A stretch of DNA of 32,000 nt from Pyrolobus fumarii 1A (GTDB lineage Archaea > Thermoproteota > Thermoprotei_A > Sulfolobales > Pyrodictiaceae), in the NCBI RefSeq assembly GCF_000223395.1, contig NC_015931.1:1500001-1532000 (forward strand). Direction: 5' to 3'. The position numbers and the translations under genes were made by a program. Position 1 is the stretch's first letter. Each line of letters opens with the position of its first letter. Below are positions 1 to 7,358 of the stretch, piece by piece. A model generated the notes under the pieces. That model saw only the letters and a program-made list of their open reading frames with translations, ran no database searches and was not told the DNA's origin.

Positions 1-1
1 A

Positions 2-1144
2 GTGAGACTTAGCGCAGCGCAATTTCTTAGACTGTTTCGTGTACTACGTGAGGGTGGTGTCGAAGGTGTGGATCTTCCAGAGGAGATATACGAGGTGTTT
101 GAGGAGGTTGCTGAGGAGGCAGAGAAGAGGGTAGTAGAGAAGCTGCATCTTACACCGGATGAAGCTGAGGCTATGAGGGGTCTAGTGCCTCGAACCCCGC
201 TATTCCCTATCGAGCTGAACCGCGATAAGGTTGAGGAGCTTAGGAGAGTTCTTCGTGCAAAGTTATCTGTCAAACGTTTTGAAGTTATGCAGAAGCTTGC
301 ATCTAAGCTAGTTGGTGTGAAAGCAAAGTTAGAGAGACTCGTTGATGCGTTGGCTCTTCTAGACGTGTTGTTGGCACAAGTAGAGCTTGTCGGGGATGGG
401 GTTGCTGGTGTGCCTGAAGTCTCTAGCGAGTATCTGGGTGTTGGTTTTGTTGATGCGATTGAGGCTAGTCTGGTAGGAAAGCCCAACGTCCAGAGGATAA
501 GTTATGTGGTTGGTTCGACTCCTTACAAGCCCGATGATACGAAGGGGGAGAGGGTTGTACTGCTAACAGGTGCTAATAGCGGCGGTAAGACGACACTACT
601 AAAGACGATATGTGAGACGGCTCTCCTGGCGCAATCCGGTCTTGTGGTTTTAGCTCGGCAAGCGTGGATAGGGGCATTTGACTATGTGCATTTCTTCTCG
701 AAGCCGAGCGGTATGGTTGACGCGGGCGCGTTAGAAGCCACACTACGCATCCTGGCTGCCATAGTCGCAGGTGGTAGCGGTAGAAGGCTTGTACTTGTAG
801 ATGAGCTTGAGGCTGCTACGGAGGCGGGTGCAGCGGCAAGAATAATGAGTGTTGTCGTAGAGAAGCTCTGTAGCCGCGATAACATTGTAGCTGTTATAGT
901 CACGCACATGGCTCGCGAGATACTGTCCAACGTGAAGAAGGTAGAGGGATGCATACGCGTTGATGGTATAGAGGCGCGCGGGCTAGACGAGAATTACAAC
1001 CTCATAGTTGATCGTAACCCGCGTTACTACTACCTCGCGAGAAGCACGCCAGAGCTTGTGGTTAGAAGGCTGCTCTACCGGGCTAAGGGAAGAGAAGAGC
1101 GAGAGTTCTACGAGACTCTTCTTAGGGTGCTCTCGGGGGCCTAG
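2..1144 (+). CDS. MutS-family ATPase, C-terminal ATPase domain (MutS2/archaeal MutS-like); 5' end outside the window
   Basis: Walker A LLTGANSGGKTTLLKT, AQSG motif, Walker B LVLVDELEAATE and downstream VTH match the MutS domain V pattern. The ORF runs off the window start. Confidence 0.7.
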   Translation: MRLSAAQFLRLFRVLREGGVEGVDLPEEIYEVFEEVAEEAEKRVVEKLHLTPDEAEAMRGLVPRTPLFPIELNRDKVEELRRVLRAKLSVKRFEVMQKLASKLVGVKAKLERLVDALALLDVLLAQVELVGDGVAGVPEVSSEYLGVGFVDAIEASLVGKPNVQRISYVVGSTPYKPDDTKGERVVLLTGANSGGKTTLLKTICETALLAQSGLVVLARQAWIGAFDYVHFFSKPSGMVDAGALEATLRILAAIVAGGSGRRLVLVDELEAATEAGAAARIMSVVVEKLCSRDNIVAVIVTHMAREILSNVKKVEGCIRVDGIEARGLDENYNLIVDRNPRYYYLARSTPELVVRRLLYRAKGREEREFYETLLRVLSGA

Positions 1145-2001
1145 AGCCACTCTATGGTATACAGTATTTCTTCTGCTATCCTATCGGCGAGCTTTACGTC
1201 AATCCTGCCGAGCGTCACGTGTACCAGTTTATGTGCAAACTCGTCACGGGCTATGCCAATAAGGCCCTTCATCACAACCGGCTCTATGGAACGTGCTGGG
1301 AGCCACAACAGAGTATCGAGCCTAACTGGCGGTATCATAGCATCTTGTGACACGCGCCTCCATGCTTGCTCTGCGACATCCCTAAGCCTCGTATAGATAA
1401 CGTCGGGGTGCATTGGTATGATGCCGGAGGTAGCGGTCAGCACAGCGAACCTTCGGTCAAGCGGCACTGGTATAGCATCGAGCCTCGTAACCTCGCGGTC
1501 TAGCGCGCGGAACGCGTAGTACGCCATTTTAGCTGCAAAAGCGCTAGTCTTCTGGTAGCGATTTCTACCGAGACTCTTTACAAGCCTCTTATAGAGTAGC
1601 TCGAGGTCCGTGAATACCCTTGGATCCTCTATTAGCTCCGAGATTAGGTCATACACCTTTCTAAGTCTGCTCGCCTTCTGCTCGTATACAGGCACGCGCA
1701 CTTCCCTCATGAACTCCAGGACGCCCTTGATGACCTCGTCTGCAGTAGTGGGCGTGGGTCTCGTGCTCCAGAATCTACCATACATCGTCCAATACTCTTC
1801 CCCGTGCATATTCAGCCTATAACTTACAACCGCGTTAGCGACAACTATTGCTACGACTGCCTCTCCGTGCCTCCCTGCAATAGTCACTACAGCTTGGAAC
1901 TGGGGGTCGTTAGCCTCAGCGGCATCCAGAGCCTCGCTACTGACCTTGCGTAGTACGCTAGCCACCCTAGCTATGCGGCTCGCGTTAACGTGTTTGGACA
2001 T
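1141..2001 (-). CDS. agog: Archaeal GO-glycosylase (AGOG) type 8-oxoguanine N-glycosylase/DNA lyase
   Basis: Blocks DPQFQAVV..RHGE, VSYRL..HGEEYW..YG, QKTSAFAAKMAYYAF, IPVPLDRR and LDTLLWLPARS match my recollection of Pyrobaculum AGOG. It overlaps the MutS-like stop by 4 nt, convergently. Confidence 0.8.
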   Translation of the reverse strand: MSKHVNASRIARVASVLRKVSSEALDAAEANDPQFQAVVTIAGRHGEAVVAIVVANAVVSYRLNMHGEEYWTMYGRFWSTRPTPTTADEVIKGVLEFMREVRVPVYEQKASRLRKVYDLISELIEDPRVFTDLELLYKRLVKSLGRNRYQKTSAFAAKMAYYAFRALDREVTRLDAIPVPLDRRFAVLTATSGIIPMHPDVIYTRLRDVAEQAWRRVSQDAMIPPVRLDTLLWLPARSIEPVVMKGLIGIARDEFAHKLVHVTLGRIDVKLADRIAEEILYTIEWL

Positions 2002-2022
2002 GTCTCGTACACTTCCCCTTAG

Positions 2023-2290
2023 GTGGGTGGTGAGGCGCCAGGGCCGGGTTTAAGCGGGGGTGGTAACACTATATGCATTCACGGGCCGTTGAGGACATCC
2101 ACCGGGACGGTAGCCGCGGGGCAATGCCGTAGGGTCGGCGTCGCCGAGGCCCGCTACAAAACCTCGACTTGTCGTTGCGCCGGGAGAATGGGGCCGCGGT
2201 TCGGGCAAGCTCACCCTCAGCTCATCGGGTGTAGCCTCGCAGCAGGGAGGTATCCACAGCCCGCGGCCTCCCTCTTTAGAGGAGCGTAGA
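2023..2290 (+). ncRNA. GC-rich structured island, probable stable RNA of unassigned class
   Basis: GC is clearly above the coding background. The only ORF (2023-2289) translates to Gly/Arg/Pro/Ala-rich low-complexity text. Long-range complements are 2190-2199 GGGGCCGCGG / 2261-2271 CCGCGGCCUCC and 2082-2087 CGGGCC / 2148-2153 GGCCCG. The helix 2088-2094/2162-2168 needs a G-U pair that exists only on the + strand. Confidence 0.35.
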
Positions 2291-2311
2291 CAAGCCCCTT
2301 AAGGGTGGAAC

Positions 2312-2911
2312 ATGGTGCATTCAGAGCTAGTGGTACACGCGATGCGCATGTTGTATGAGCGTGGACTTGTGGACATTAAAGGCGGTAATGTCAGTGTGCG
2401 TTTCCGCCTAGGTGGCATAGATGGTATGCTAGTGACGCCTGGCGGCGTTGCAAAAAATAGTATAAACCCGGATGATGTTGCTATCGTGTTGCTCGACGGG
2501 AGTATAATCTACGGGAAGCCTAGCAGCGAGTATAGACTACACCTCGAGATATACAGGAGGATGTCGTTTGCTACTGCAGTGGTACACGCGCATAACCCAT
2601 TGACTGTGGCTCTAGGCGAGAGTATACCACTCGAACCTTTTGCAGGCGAGGCCCTAGACACGTGTGTAACTATAGTTCCACACTACCCGGCAGGCAGCAA
2701 AGAACTAGCCATCGAAACAGCAACGAGGCTCGAGAAGAGCGGGTGTAGAGCAGCTATACTCTCAGGGCATGGTGTTGTTGCTGTTGGTGAGGGGGACCCC
2801 AAGCGCGCTCTCATAAACGCCATCGAGATTATAGAAGCATTGGAGTATGCAGCATGGCGCGCGTTGGCAACGCTAGCTGCCGCTCCGTTGAGGATTACGC
2901 GGGGGTTGTAG
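2312..2911 (+). CDS. Class II aldolase/adducin family protein (L-fuculose-phosphate aldolase-like)
   Basis: Motifs GGNVSVR, LVTPGG, PSSEYRLHLEIY, VVHAHNP and SGHGVVAVGE, including the Zn-ligand histidine pattern of the family. Confidence 0.8.
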   Translation: MVHSELVVHAMRMLYERGLVDIKGGNVSVRFRLGGIDGMLVTPGGVAKNSINPDDVAIVLLDGSIIYGKPSSEYRLHLEIYRRMSFATAVVHAHNPLTVALGESIPLEPFAGEALDTCVTIVPHYPAGSKELAIETATRLEKSGCRAAILSGHGVVAVGEGDPKRALINAIEIIEALEYAAWRALATLAAAPLRITRGL

Positions 2912-3818
2912 GCGTCACAGCTGTAGTTACGTTGGGCGCAGTGCCTAGAGGTAAACGTACCGGCCCAAAGACGCTCAGCGCGAAGAAAGTCGTGACGAGC
3001 AGTATTAATATAGCGGCGTGGAAGAAGCCTGCTCTCGCATTATTGTAGAGTATCTTGCCCAGGAACAGCCCAGCGGCTATTACGGATACGAAGCTCTGCC
3101 AGTAGAATAGGATGGCTAGCTTCTGCGGGTCAATAGCTATCTGGAACGGGAGTTCGCCAGATGTCATTGCAGCTAAGAGCACGTTTACCACGATATAGAC
3201 TATGATGAGGTAGACTCCAACCATGAGGTAAACTATCGCGAAATATGGACGAGTGTATGCGTCGCGCAGCAAGAGAAACTCTTCTAGGATTGTAAAGTAT
3301 TCCGCCGAAGCATCGAGCACGTCGTGAGCCTTCGGGCCTGCACTGTAAGCCTCGATAAGCAGGCTTGTCAGCCTATCCACAACGGGGTCCTCGGCTTCTT
3401 TAGCGGCTGTGGCCATTGCCTTGTCGAAGTCCATGCCTGCCTTCACACGGGCAATAGCCCTGGACATTATCTTACCCAGGACACCATAGATTCCCGTCTT
3501 AGCGACCCTCTCTATAGCCTCGTGAAGGGGGATGCCAGATCTAACGCTGCTCGCCACTCCACGTATGAACCTGGGCGCAGCCCATATCATCGAAACGTGG
3601 AGCCTGGCACGCAGATAGCAGGGTAGACTACCACCGAGTATTATGAATGCGGCGAGGTAACCTATCGTAATGCTGCCCCACGGGTCGGCAGGGAATGGCA
3701 ACGGCCATGCGAAGCCGTAGATTAAGCCGCCTAGGACAGGTAGGATGAGAGTCGCGAGAATGCTAGCTCCTATGGTGGTGTTGCATAGCTGCTTGAGCCT
3801 CCCGGGTACAAGCTTCAT
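2895..3818 (-). CDS. Type IV filament platform protein, half-size T2SSF/TadC-like polytopic membrane protein
   Basis: Several TM helices flank a cytoplasmic helical domain (SGIPLHEAIERV..VKAGMDFDKAM..DPVVDRLTSLLIEAYSAGPKAHDVL) typical of T2SSF. It overlaps the upstream paralog by 4 nt. Confidence 0.6.
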   Translation of the reverse strand: MKLVPGRLKQLCNTTIGASILATLILPVLGGLIYGFAWPLPFPADPWGSITIGYLAAFIILGGSLPCYLRARLHVSMIWAAPRFIRGVASSVRSGIPLHEAIERVAKTGIYGVLGKIMSRAIARVKAGMDFDKAMATAAKEAEDPVVDRLTSLLIEAYSAGPKAHDVLDASAEYFTILEEFLLLRDAYTRPYFAIVYLMVGVYLIIVYIVVNVLLAAMTSGELPFQIAIDPQKLAILFYWQSFVSVIAAGLFLGKILYNNARAGFFHAAILILLVTTFFALSVFGPVRLPLGTAPNVTTAVTPTTPA

Positions 3819-4684
3819 ACCGTCTCTGCCTCGCTGAGCACCATATCCAGGAATATCAGCATGCCAGCTGTGGCAAAAGGTATAACGCCAACCACCATGA
3901 ACGCCATGAGGCTCTCGGGAGACATGCCGGCGAAACCTATGCCCATGGCCCCGCCAAGCAGGACTGTGAGCATTGCTATGCTCGGGCCGAGCATCACTAG
4001 GATTATGAAAGCCTCTGCAAGGTGAGCTATCGAGGAAAGGCTCTTGGTCAATCTGGCTCTCTTCTCTGTAACGAGGCTTCTGAACTCGGAGAGTAGGTAG
4101 TCTGCAGGTGAGCCTGTAGTCTCTATAGCCTCGTACATAGACGCTATCAGTATTGCTAACCGGTGACTGGGTGAAGACACAACTATGTCGCGGACTGCGC
4201 TCTCATAGTCCATGCCAAGAATCTTGACATCTCTTACAAAGCGTAGTAGCACGCGTGTTAGCGGCTTATCACGGCCCTCCACTTGTGCAAGCCTGAGGAA
4301 AATCTCATCCATCCTCTTGCCGGCTACTGCGAGCAGTGCCATATAGCCTACAGCCGAGACAAGTCGCGAATCAATATTCGATGCTAGCGAATTAGCCCTC
4401 AGGTATGGGTAGATAACGCTCGTCATTACACCTAGCATGGCCCCTGTAATGACCAGAAGGATGGCTAGCATGGTTGAACCGTAAGAGAATGTGATAAAAG
4501 CCAGCGGGAGTGAAGCAATGACGCCAAGCAGCATGGTCACATAATGTATATAGCCATAAACCCTTGGGTGTACGCCGATAAATGACCTTCTAACGGCTAT
4601 TTCTATCTCGCGCCACGTTATGGGCGGTAGTATTCCCCCGAAGATGCGGTATCCAAAACGAGCCATCTTAGCAGCGATAGCCAT
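3815..4684 (-). CDS. Type IV filament platform protein, half-size T2SSF/TadB-like polytopic membrane protein
   Basis: TM helices plus a T2SSF-like domain (GKRMDEIFLRLA..VKILGMDYESAV..HRLAILIASMYEAIETTGSPADYL). It lies directly downstream of the ATPase. Confidence 0.6.
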   Translation of the reverse strand: MAIAAKMARFGYRIFGGILPPITWREIEIAVRRSFIGVHPRVYGYIHYVTMLLGVIASLPLAFITFSYGSTMLAILLVITGAMLGVMTSVIYPYLRANSLASNIDSRLVSAVGYMALLAVAGKRMDEIFLRLAQVEGRDKPLTRVLLRFVRDVKILGMDYESAVRDIVVSSPSHRLAILIASMYEAIETTGSPADYLLSEFRSLVTEKRARLTKSLSSIAHLAEAFIILVMLGPSIAMLTVLLGGAMGIGFAGMSPESLMAFMVVGVIPFATAGMLIFLDMVLSEAETV

Positions 4685-4697
4685 GATTTGACACCCT

Positions 4698-6233
4698 CTA
4701 TGTGTAGCCGTAGGTTCTCATGTAGAACTCTCGTATCATCTTAGCAAGGCTCTCATAGTCTCTGATGTCACGCTCTAGCATCTCTGCTAGTAGTGCTTTT
4801 CTCTCGGCCACTTCGCGCTCAACCATTTCTATGGGCACGCCTCTCACAGAAGCAATACGATCTAGCACGACGCTCTTCGCGCTCTTCTCAAAAGTATCTG
4901 TAGCTTCTCCAGTCCAACGGAACACGGTGTTAAACACCGGCTGGTTATCCTCAATGCCCACGACCTCTGTTATCTCGAGTACCCGGCGCGTGATACGACC
5001 CCTTATGCGTACTCTTTCAACGTGTATGAATGCATCCACGAGCGGTATGTGATGCAAGGGCACATTCATTGGCGGTGAGGTGAGCCTCTTTACGGCGGCG
5101 TCAACGGACTCTGCGTGCATAGTGGTCATGCCACCGTGGCCAGTAGCGATAGCCTGGAAGAACACGTAGGCCTCTTCACCTCGAATCTCACCCACGATTA
5201 CATAATCCGGCCTCTGTCTAAGCGACGACTTCACAAGATCGTATAGTGTCACTTGGCTTGCTGCCCCAGCGGCTTCGCGTGTAACCAGTGGCACCCAGTG
5301 CGGGTGCGGTAGGTTTAGCTCTCTAGTCTCCTCGATAGTCAGCACCTTCATCTCTGGCCGTATGAACATCGCTATTGCGTTGAGGAGTGTTGTCTTGCCT
5401 GCACCAGTAGGACCAAAGATGATTATGCTCTTCTTGTTCTCAACGAGATACCAGAGGTATGCAGCCATGTCAAGGTCAAGCTCCTTTAGATTCACAAGCT
5501 CGAGTATAGTATAGGGCACACTACGATATTTCCTAATGGTTATGGTACCCCCGCTAGCGGCAACGTCGCCTAGAACCAGGTGTGCACGGTAACCCTCAGG
5601 CAGTGTAGAATCAACGATGGGGTTCGCAGCTGATATCTGCTTTCCGCCTTTGGTGGCAAGCCTCGAGAGAAGCCTGTCAATCTCCTCCTTAGACTCTATC
5701 ACGATGGTGGTGCGGAGGTTCTCGTAACGCCGGTGCCACACGTATACAGCCTTCCTTACACCTGGTACACTGATATCTTCTATCTCGGGGTCCAGGATAA
5801 GAACATGAAGTTTGCCATAACCTATGAGGTCGCGCTTGAGATAATAGGCGACTTTGAGGAGCGAATATCGTGGTAATGTAATCCGGTAAGCTCTTATAGC
5901 ATATCTTAAGGCACGTCTTAGAACCTCCTCTTCGGGGCCTTCTACCTCTTCAGCTGCGCGCGGCAAGAACTCTTCAAGGAGTATCCTCTTAAGACGGGCA
6001 AGTACTTGTCTTTCCGTTCTGGATAAGGGAGGCTCTAATGGTACGTAGATTAACTCGTTTTCGCGCTTCACTATAGCGACGTATGCGTAGGGAGCGTCAA
6101 TAGGGTATAGCTCTACGAGTTCACCGCCAATCCGCTGGAGTATCTCTCTTGCGCTAACCGTGTTGAGGGGAGTGATGTTTGCTCTCTCTTCAATTGTGCT
6201 ACTAGTATGGCTCGTGGTTCTAAGTGTGTGCAA
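4698..6233 (-). CDS. Type II/IV secretion-family ATPase (FlaI/TadA/VirB11-like type IV filament assembly ATPase)
   Basis: Walker A FGPTGAGKTTLLNA, Asp box LTIEETRELNL, Walker B PDYVIVGEIRGEEA, His box ATGHGGMTTMHA. Confidence 0.9.
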   Translation of the reverse strand: MHTLRTTSHTSSTIEERANITPLNTVSAREILQRIGGELVELYPIDAPYAYVAIVKRENELIYVPLEPPLSRTERQVLARLKRILLEEFLPRAAEEVEGPEEEVLRRALRYAIRAYRITLPRYSLLKVAYYLKRDLIGYGKLHVLILDPEIEDISVPGVRKAVYVWHRRYENLRTTIVIESKEEIDRLLSRLATKGGKQISAANPIVDSTLPEGYRAHLVLGDVAASGGTITIRKYRSVPYTILELVNLKELDLDMAAYLWYLVENKKSIIIFGPTGAGKTTLLNAIAMFIRPEMKVLTIEETRELNLPHPHWVPLVTREAAGAASQVTLYDLVKSSLRQRPDYVIVGEIRGEEAYVFFQAIATGHGGMTTMHAESVDAAVKRLTSPPMNVPLHHIPLVDAFIHVERVRIRGRITRRVLEITEVVGIEDNQPVFNTVFRWTGEATDTFEKSAKSVVLDRIASVRGVPIEMVEREVAERKALLAEMLERDIRDYESLAKMIREFYMRTYGYT

Positions 6234-6295
6234 CGCTACTATCTGCCCAGAAATCGGTCTCGTTAGTAAGATAGAGGGAGTTTTAATCGCTGCTA

Positions 6296-7267
6296 CTATA
6301 CACTCACAATATCATGTATACGTTCTTTGATGCGCGAAGGTAGTTGTTCGGGGATGAGGATTATTGCGGGTGTACGTTGCAGTAGAGAGGATATAGATTC
6401 CGATATGAGGCGAGAGACTATAACGTACTTCTTTATCATGCCTGCCGTTGTTAGATCTCTAGCCTTTAGCAACAGTAGTAACGCTTCAGAGTCGTTAACT
6501 AGTTTTGGCACGACATCTATGGCTAGCATTGACCGGGGTACGATGAAATCAACTTGATGTTCAAGTCCTGTCGCGCCTGTTAACTTTGTATTGCACTTGA
6601 ACTCGACGTTAGCCTCTATAAGAGCGCGGTAGATCGCTATGCGAATGTCTATTGCGTTTTCAATGATGCTCTTTCCGCGTTCAGTTAGATTCAGCGTGTG
6701 AACGGGCTTGTACAGTGCATCTGTTGGTTTGAAATCTTTTCCGCATCTGCGGCACTTTAGGATAACCTTAGGTTCGTGGAATCTCATGTGGCACGAGTGA
6801 CAGTAGTAAAGGGTGCCGAGTATCTTGTAGTCGTTCTCGCTGGTAAGGTTGACCGAGCAATGGGGGCATACGAGCTGTTCGCCACGACGGAAAGCGTACT
6901 CGAGGTCTATATAGCCGCAGATTATGTGTTGCATCATTTTCACCTTCTCTATGTTAGTCGAGCCGCAGTAGGGGCACTGAAGCTTGATATCAAGCCATAG
7001 ATAGTCGCAGTGTGGGCATCGCAATACGCGATCGGTTACAACCTTTTCTGCTAGGCCAAGCTTCTCGAGAAGAAGCGCATCTGTTAGTTCAACTCTCTTA
7101 TTGTCAAACGCTAGCATCACCTTGTGCTCGTCTGGTAAAGGCTCTGCGTGGACGCCATTGCTGCTGGCCATTGCAGCTAGTAAGTCGAGGAGAGAGTCGC
7201 TTAGGTTTAGCAGCTCTAAGGCCTCCGGGGGTAGGCAATCATGTATGTCGCTGGGCACGGTCGTCAA
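6296..7267 (-). CDS. Multi-zinc-ribbon protein of unknown function, first gene of the type IV filament module
   Basis: CPHC-x10-CPYC, CPHC-x18-CHSC and CRRC motifs in the middle third. The C-terminal ~100 aa contain HQVDFIV...AIDVVPK. The start codon is TTG, so the start is uncertain. Confidence 0.6.
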   Translation of the reverse strand: MTTVPSDIHDCLPPEALELLNLSDSLLDLLAAMASSNGVHAEPLPDEHKVMLAFDNKRVELTDALLLEKLGLAEKVVTDRVLRCPHCDYLWLDIKLQCPYCGSTNIEKVKMMQHIICGYIDLEYAFRRGEQLVCPHCSVNLTSENDYKILGTLYYCHSCHMRFHEPKVILKCRRCGKDFKPTDALYKPVHTLNLTERGKSIIENAIDIRIAIYRALIEANVEFKCNTKLTGATGLEHQVDFIVPRSMLAIDVVPKLVNDSEALLLLLKARDLTTAGMIKKYVIVSRLISESISSLLQRTPAIILIPEQLPSRIKERIHDIVSV

Positions 7268-7321
7268 CCCTTATGCACACCTTAGCTGTGCAGGCCGGTA
7301 CAAGACCCAGCGATAACACTG

Positions 7322-7329
7322 TTTTAAAG
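7322..7329 (+). promoter_or_regulatory. TATA-like box (TTTTAAAG) for the 7359 gene
   Basis: AT-rich octamer about 30 nt upstream of the ATG at 7359 in the divergent intergenic region. This implies a very short leader. Confidence 0.35.
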
Positions 7330-7358
7330 ACGTTCTAAGCTGGTATGCTTGGGCGGCG

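Noticed and set aside
682-1822. Short ORFs 682-954(-), 1008-1262(+), 1154-1396(+) and 1610-1822(+)
   Set aside because: They are alternative-frame or antisense shadows of the well-supported MutS-like and AGOG genes.
2023-2289. 88-aa ORF, and an SRP RNA or RNase P RNA call for the same interval
   Set aside because: The ORF is low-complexity nonsense. I could not find the SRP helix-8 motif (GGAA tetraloop plus AGCA loop). I also could not find the RNase P CR-I/CR-V blocks (GGAAAGUCC, ACAGAA..GGCUUA). Neither family is therefore called, and the interval is kept only as an unassigned RNA candidate.
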